Below are positions 35,865 to 36,606 of a stretch of DNA of 36,606 bases, in pieces; position 1 is the first letter of the stretch; each line of letters starts with the position of its first letter. This stretch comes from Candidatus Eiseniibacteriota bacterium. GTDB lineage: Bacteria; Eisenbacteria; RBG-16-71-46. The notes beneath the pieces were generated by a model, which saw only the letters and a program-made list of their open reading frames with translations, was not told the origin of the DNA and ran no database searches. Both the position numbers and the translations under genes were made by a program. The stretch is from contig JANMQY010000067.1 in NCBI GenBank assembly GCA_031370785.1, forward strand, positions 1 through 36,606. Reading direction: 5' to 3'.

Positions 35865-36606
35865 TTGATTCGATTCTGGCTCGGTGCCGTGCTGGCGCTT
35901 GCCGCGATGGTCGCTCTCGCGGCCCAGGCGCCGCAGGCGTTCGCGGCCGCCGATGTGCACAAGCTCAACCTCGTGCTCTCGGCCATGCCCTCCCAGGTCA
36001 ATGCCGGCGATTTCAACACCGCCATCGAACGCTTCAACAAGGTCCGGCTGGCATCCCAGGGGCTCGAGGGGCTCGCGAAGATCAATTTCGCATGGCAGTT
36101 CGACGCGCAGCTGCACTACTTCGTGCGCTCGAACGTCGCGGTCAACCTCGGCGTCGGCCAGCTGCGCACGCAGAGCAAGCGCGAATTCCTGCCCGCGATC
36201 CTGCAGGACGTCACGATCCGCGCCGAGATGCTGTCGGTGCCGGTGCACATCGGCCTCGACTACTACTTCACGCCCTACAACCAGGGCGACTTCCAGGCGC
36301 GCGGCTACCTCGGCGGCGGGTTCCTCGATCTGGTCGGGAACAAGGCGCTGATCGAGCAGGTCGACACCAATCCGGATTCGGTGACGACCGCGAAGTTCGG
36401 CCCGAGCTTCAGGAGCGTGTACGTTCGCGACAGTCCGGGCTACTTCGTCGAGGGCGGAGTGCACATGTTCTTCGCCTCGCACTTCTCGGTGATGCTGGGC
36501 GTGCTGTACCGGAGCGCGCAGATCAACAACATGCTCGACCAGGAGACGCGGCAGCCGATCTACCGCTATCCGGACGGCAAGCCGTTCCAGCTCGATGTCG
36601 GCGGGG
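35865..36606 (+). CDS. Secreted/outer-membrane beta-barrel-like protein, 3' end outside window (absent from ORF track)
   Basis: GGGAGG RBS then TTG; signal peptide ending QAFA; amphipathic strands (VPVHIGLDYYF, RGYLGGG, GYFVEGGVHMFF); no stop before the window end. Confidence 0.72.
   Translation, partial: MIRFWLGAVLALAAMVALAAQAPQAFAAADVHKLNLVLSAMPSQVNAGDFNTAIERFNKVRLASQGLEGLAKINFAWQFDAQLHYFVRSNVAVNLGVGQLRTQSKREFLPAILQDVTIRAEMLSVPVHIGLDYYFTPYNQGDFQARGYLGGGFLDLVGNKALIEQVDTNPDSVTTAKFGPSFRSVYVRDSPGYFVEGGVHMFFASHFSVMLGVLYRSAQINNMLDQETRQPIYRYPDGKPFQLDVGG

Overview
GC-rich bacterial chromosomal window. Outer-membrane beta-barrels and a lipoprotein CoxB indicate a diderm; the taxon cannot be determined from the sequence alone. 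Housekeeping blocks frame the window: a SUF Fe-S operon (sufA-like, sufC, sufB, sufD, sufS, sufU, Rieske ferredoxin, sufT-like; 1-6367), and ctaA-ctaB plus a caa3-type cytochrome c oxidase operon and initiator tRNA-fMet (29648-35690). The best novelty candidate is a minus-strand locus at 6441-11358 that looks like a non-canonical chaperone-usher/donor-strand pilus system. It has a putative major pilin with an N-terminal extension, a decayed pilin copy carrying two precise microhomology deletions, a paralog lacking the extension, a PapD/DUF916-like chaperone, a 665-aa usher-like beta-rich protein and a small OMP, with a sigma54-type promoter and intergenic hairpins. Other notable items: an OsmC-like gene with an in-frame UGA at the Cys position plus a SECIS-like hairpin (candidate selenoprotein, apparently internally deleted), a ~165-nt highly structured intergenic element, tandem GIDE-like genes with lemA, two small proteins, and a probable CUG start for ctaA. 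All family calls come from motif recognition by eye, not database searches. No transposase, integrase, CRISPR array or rRNA was seen.
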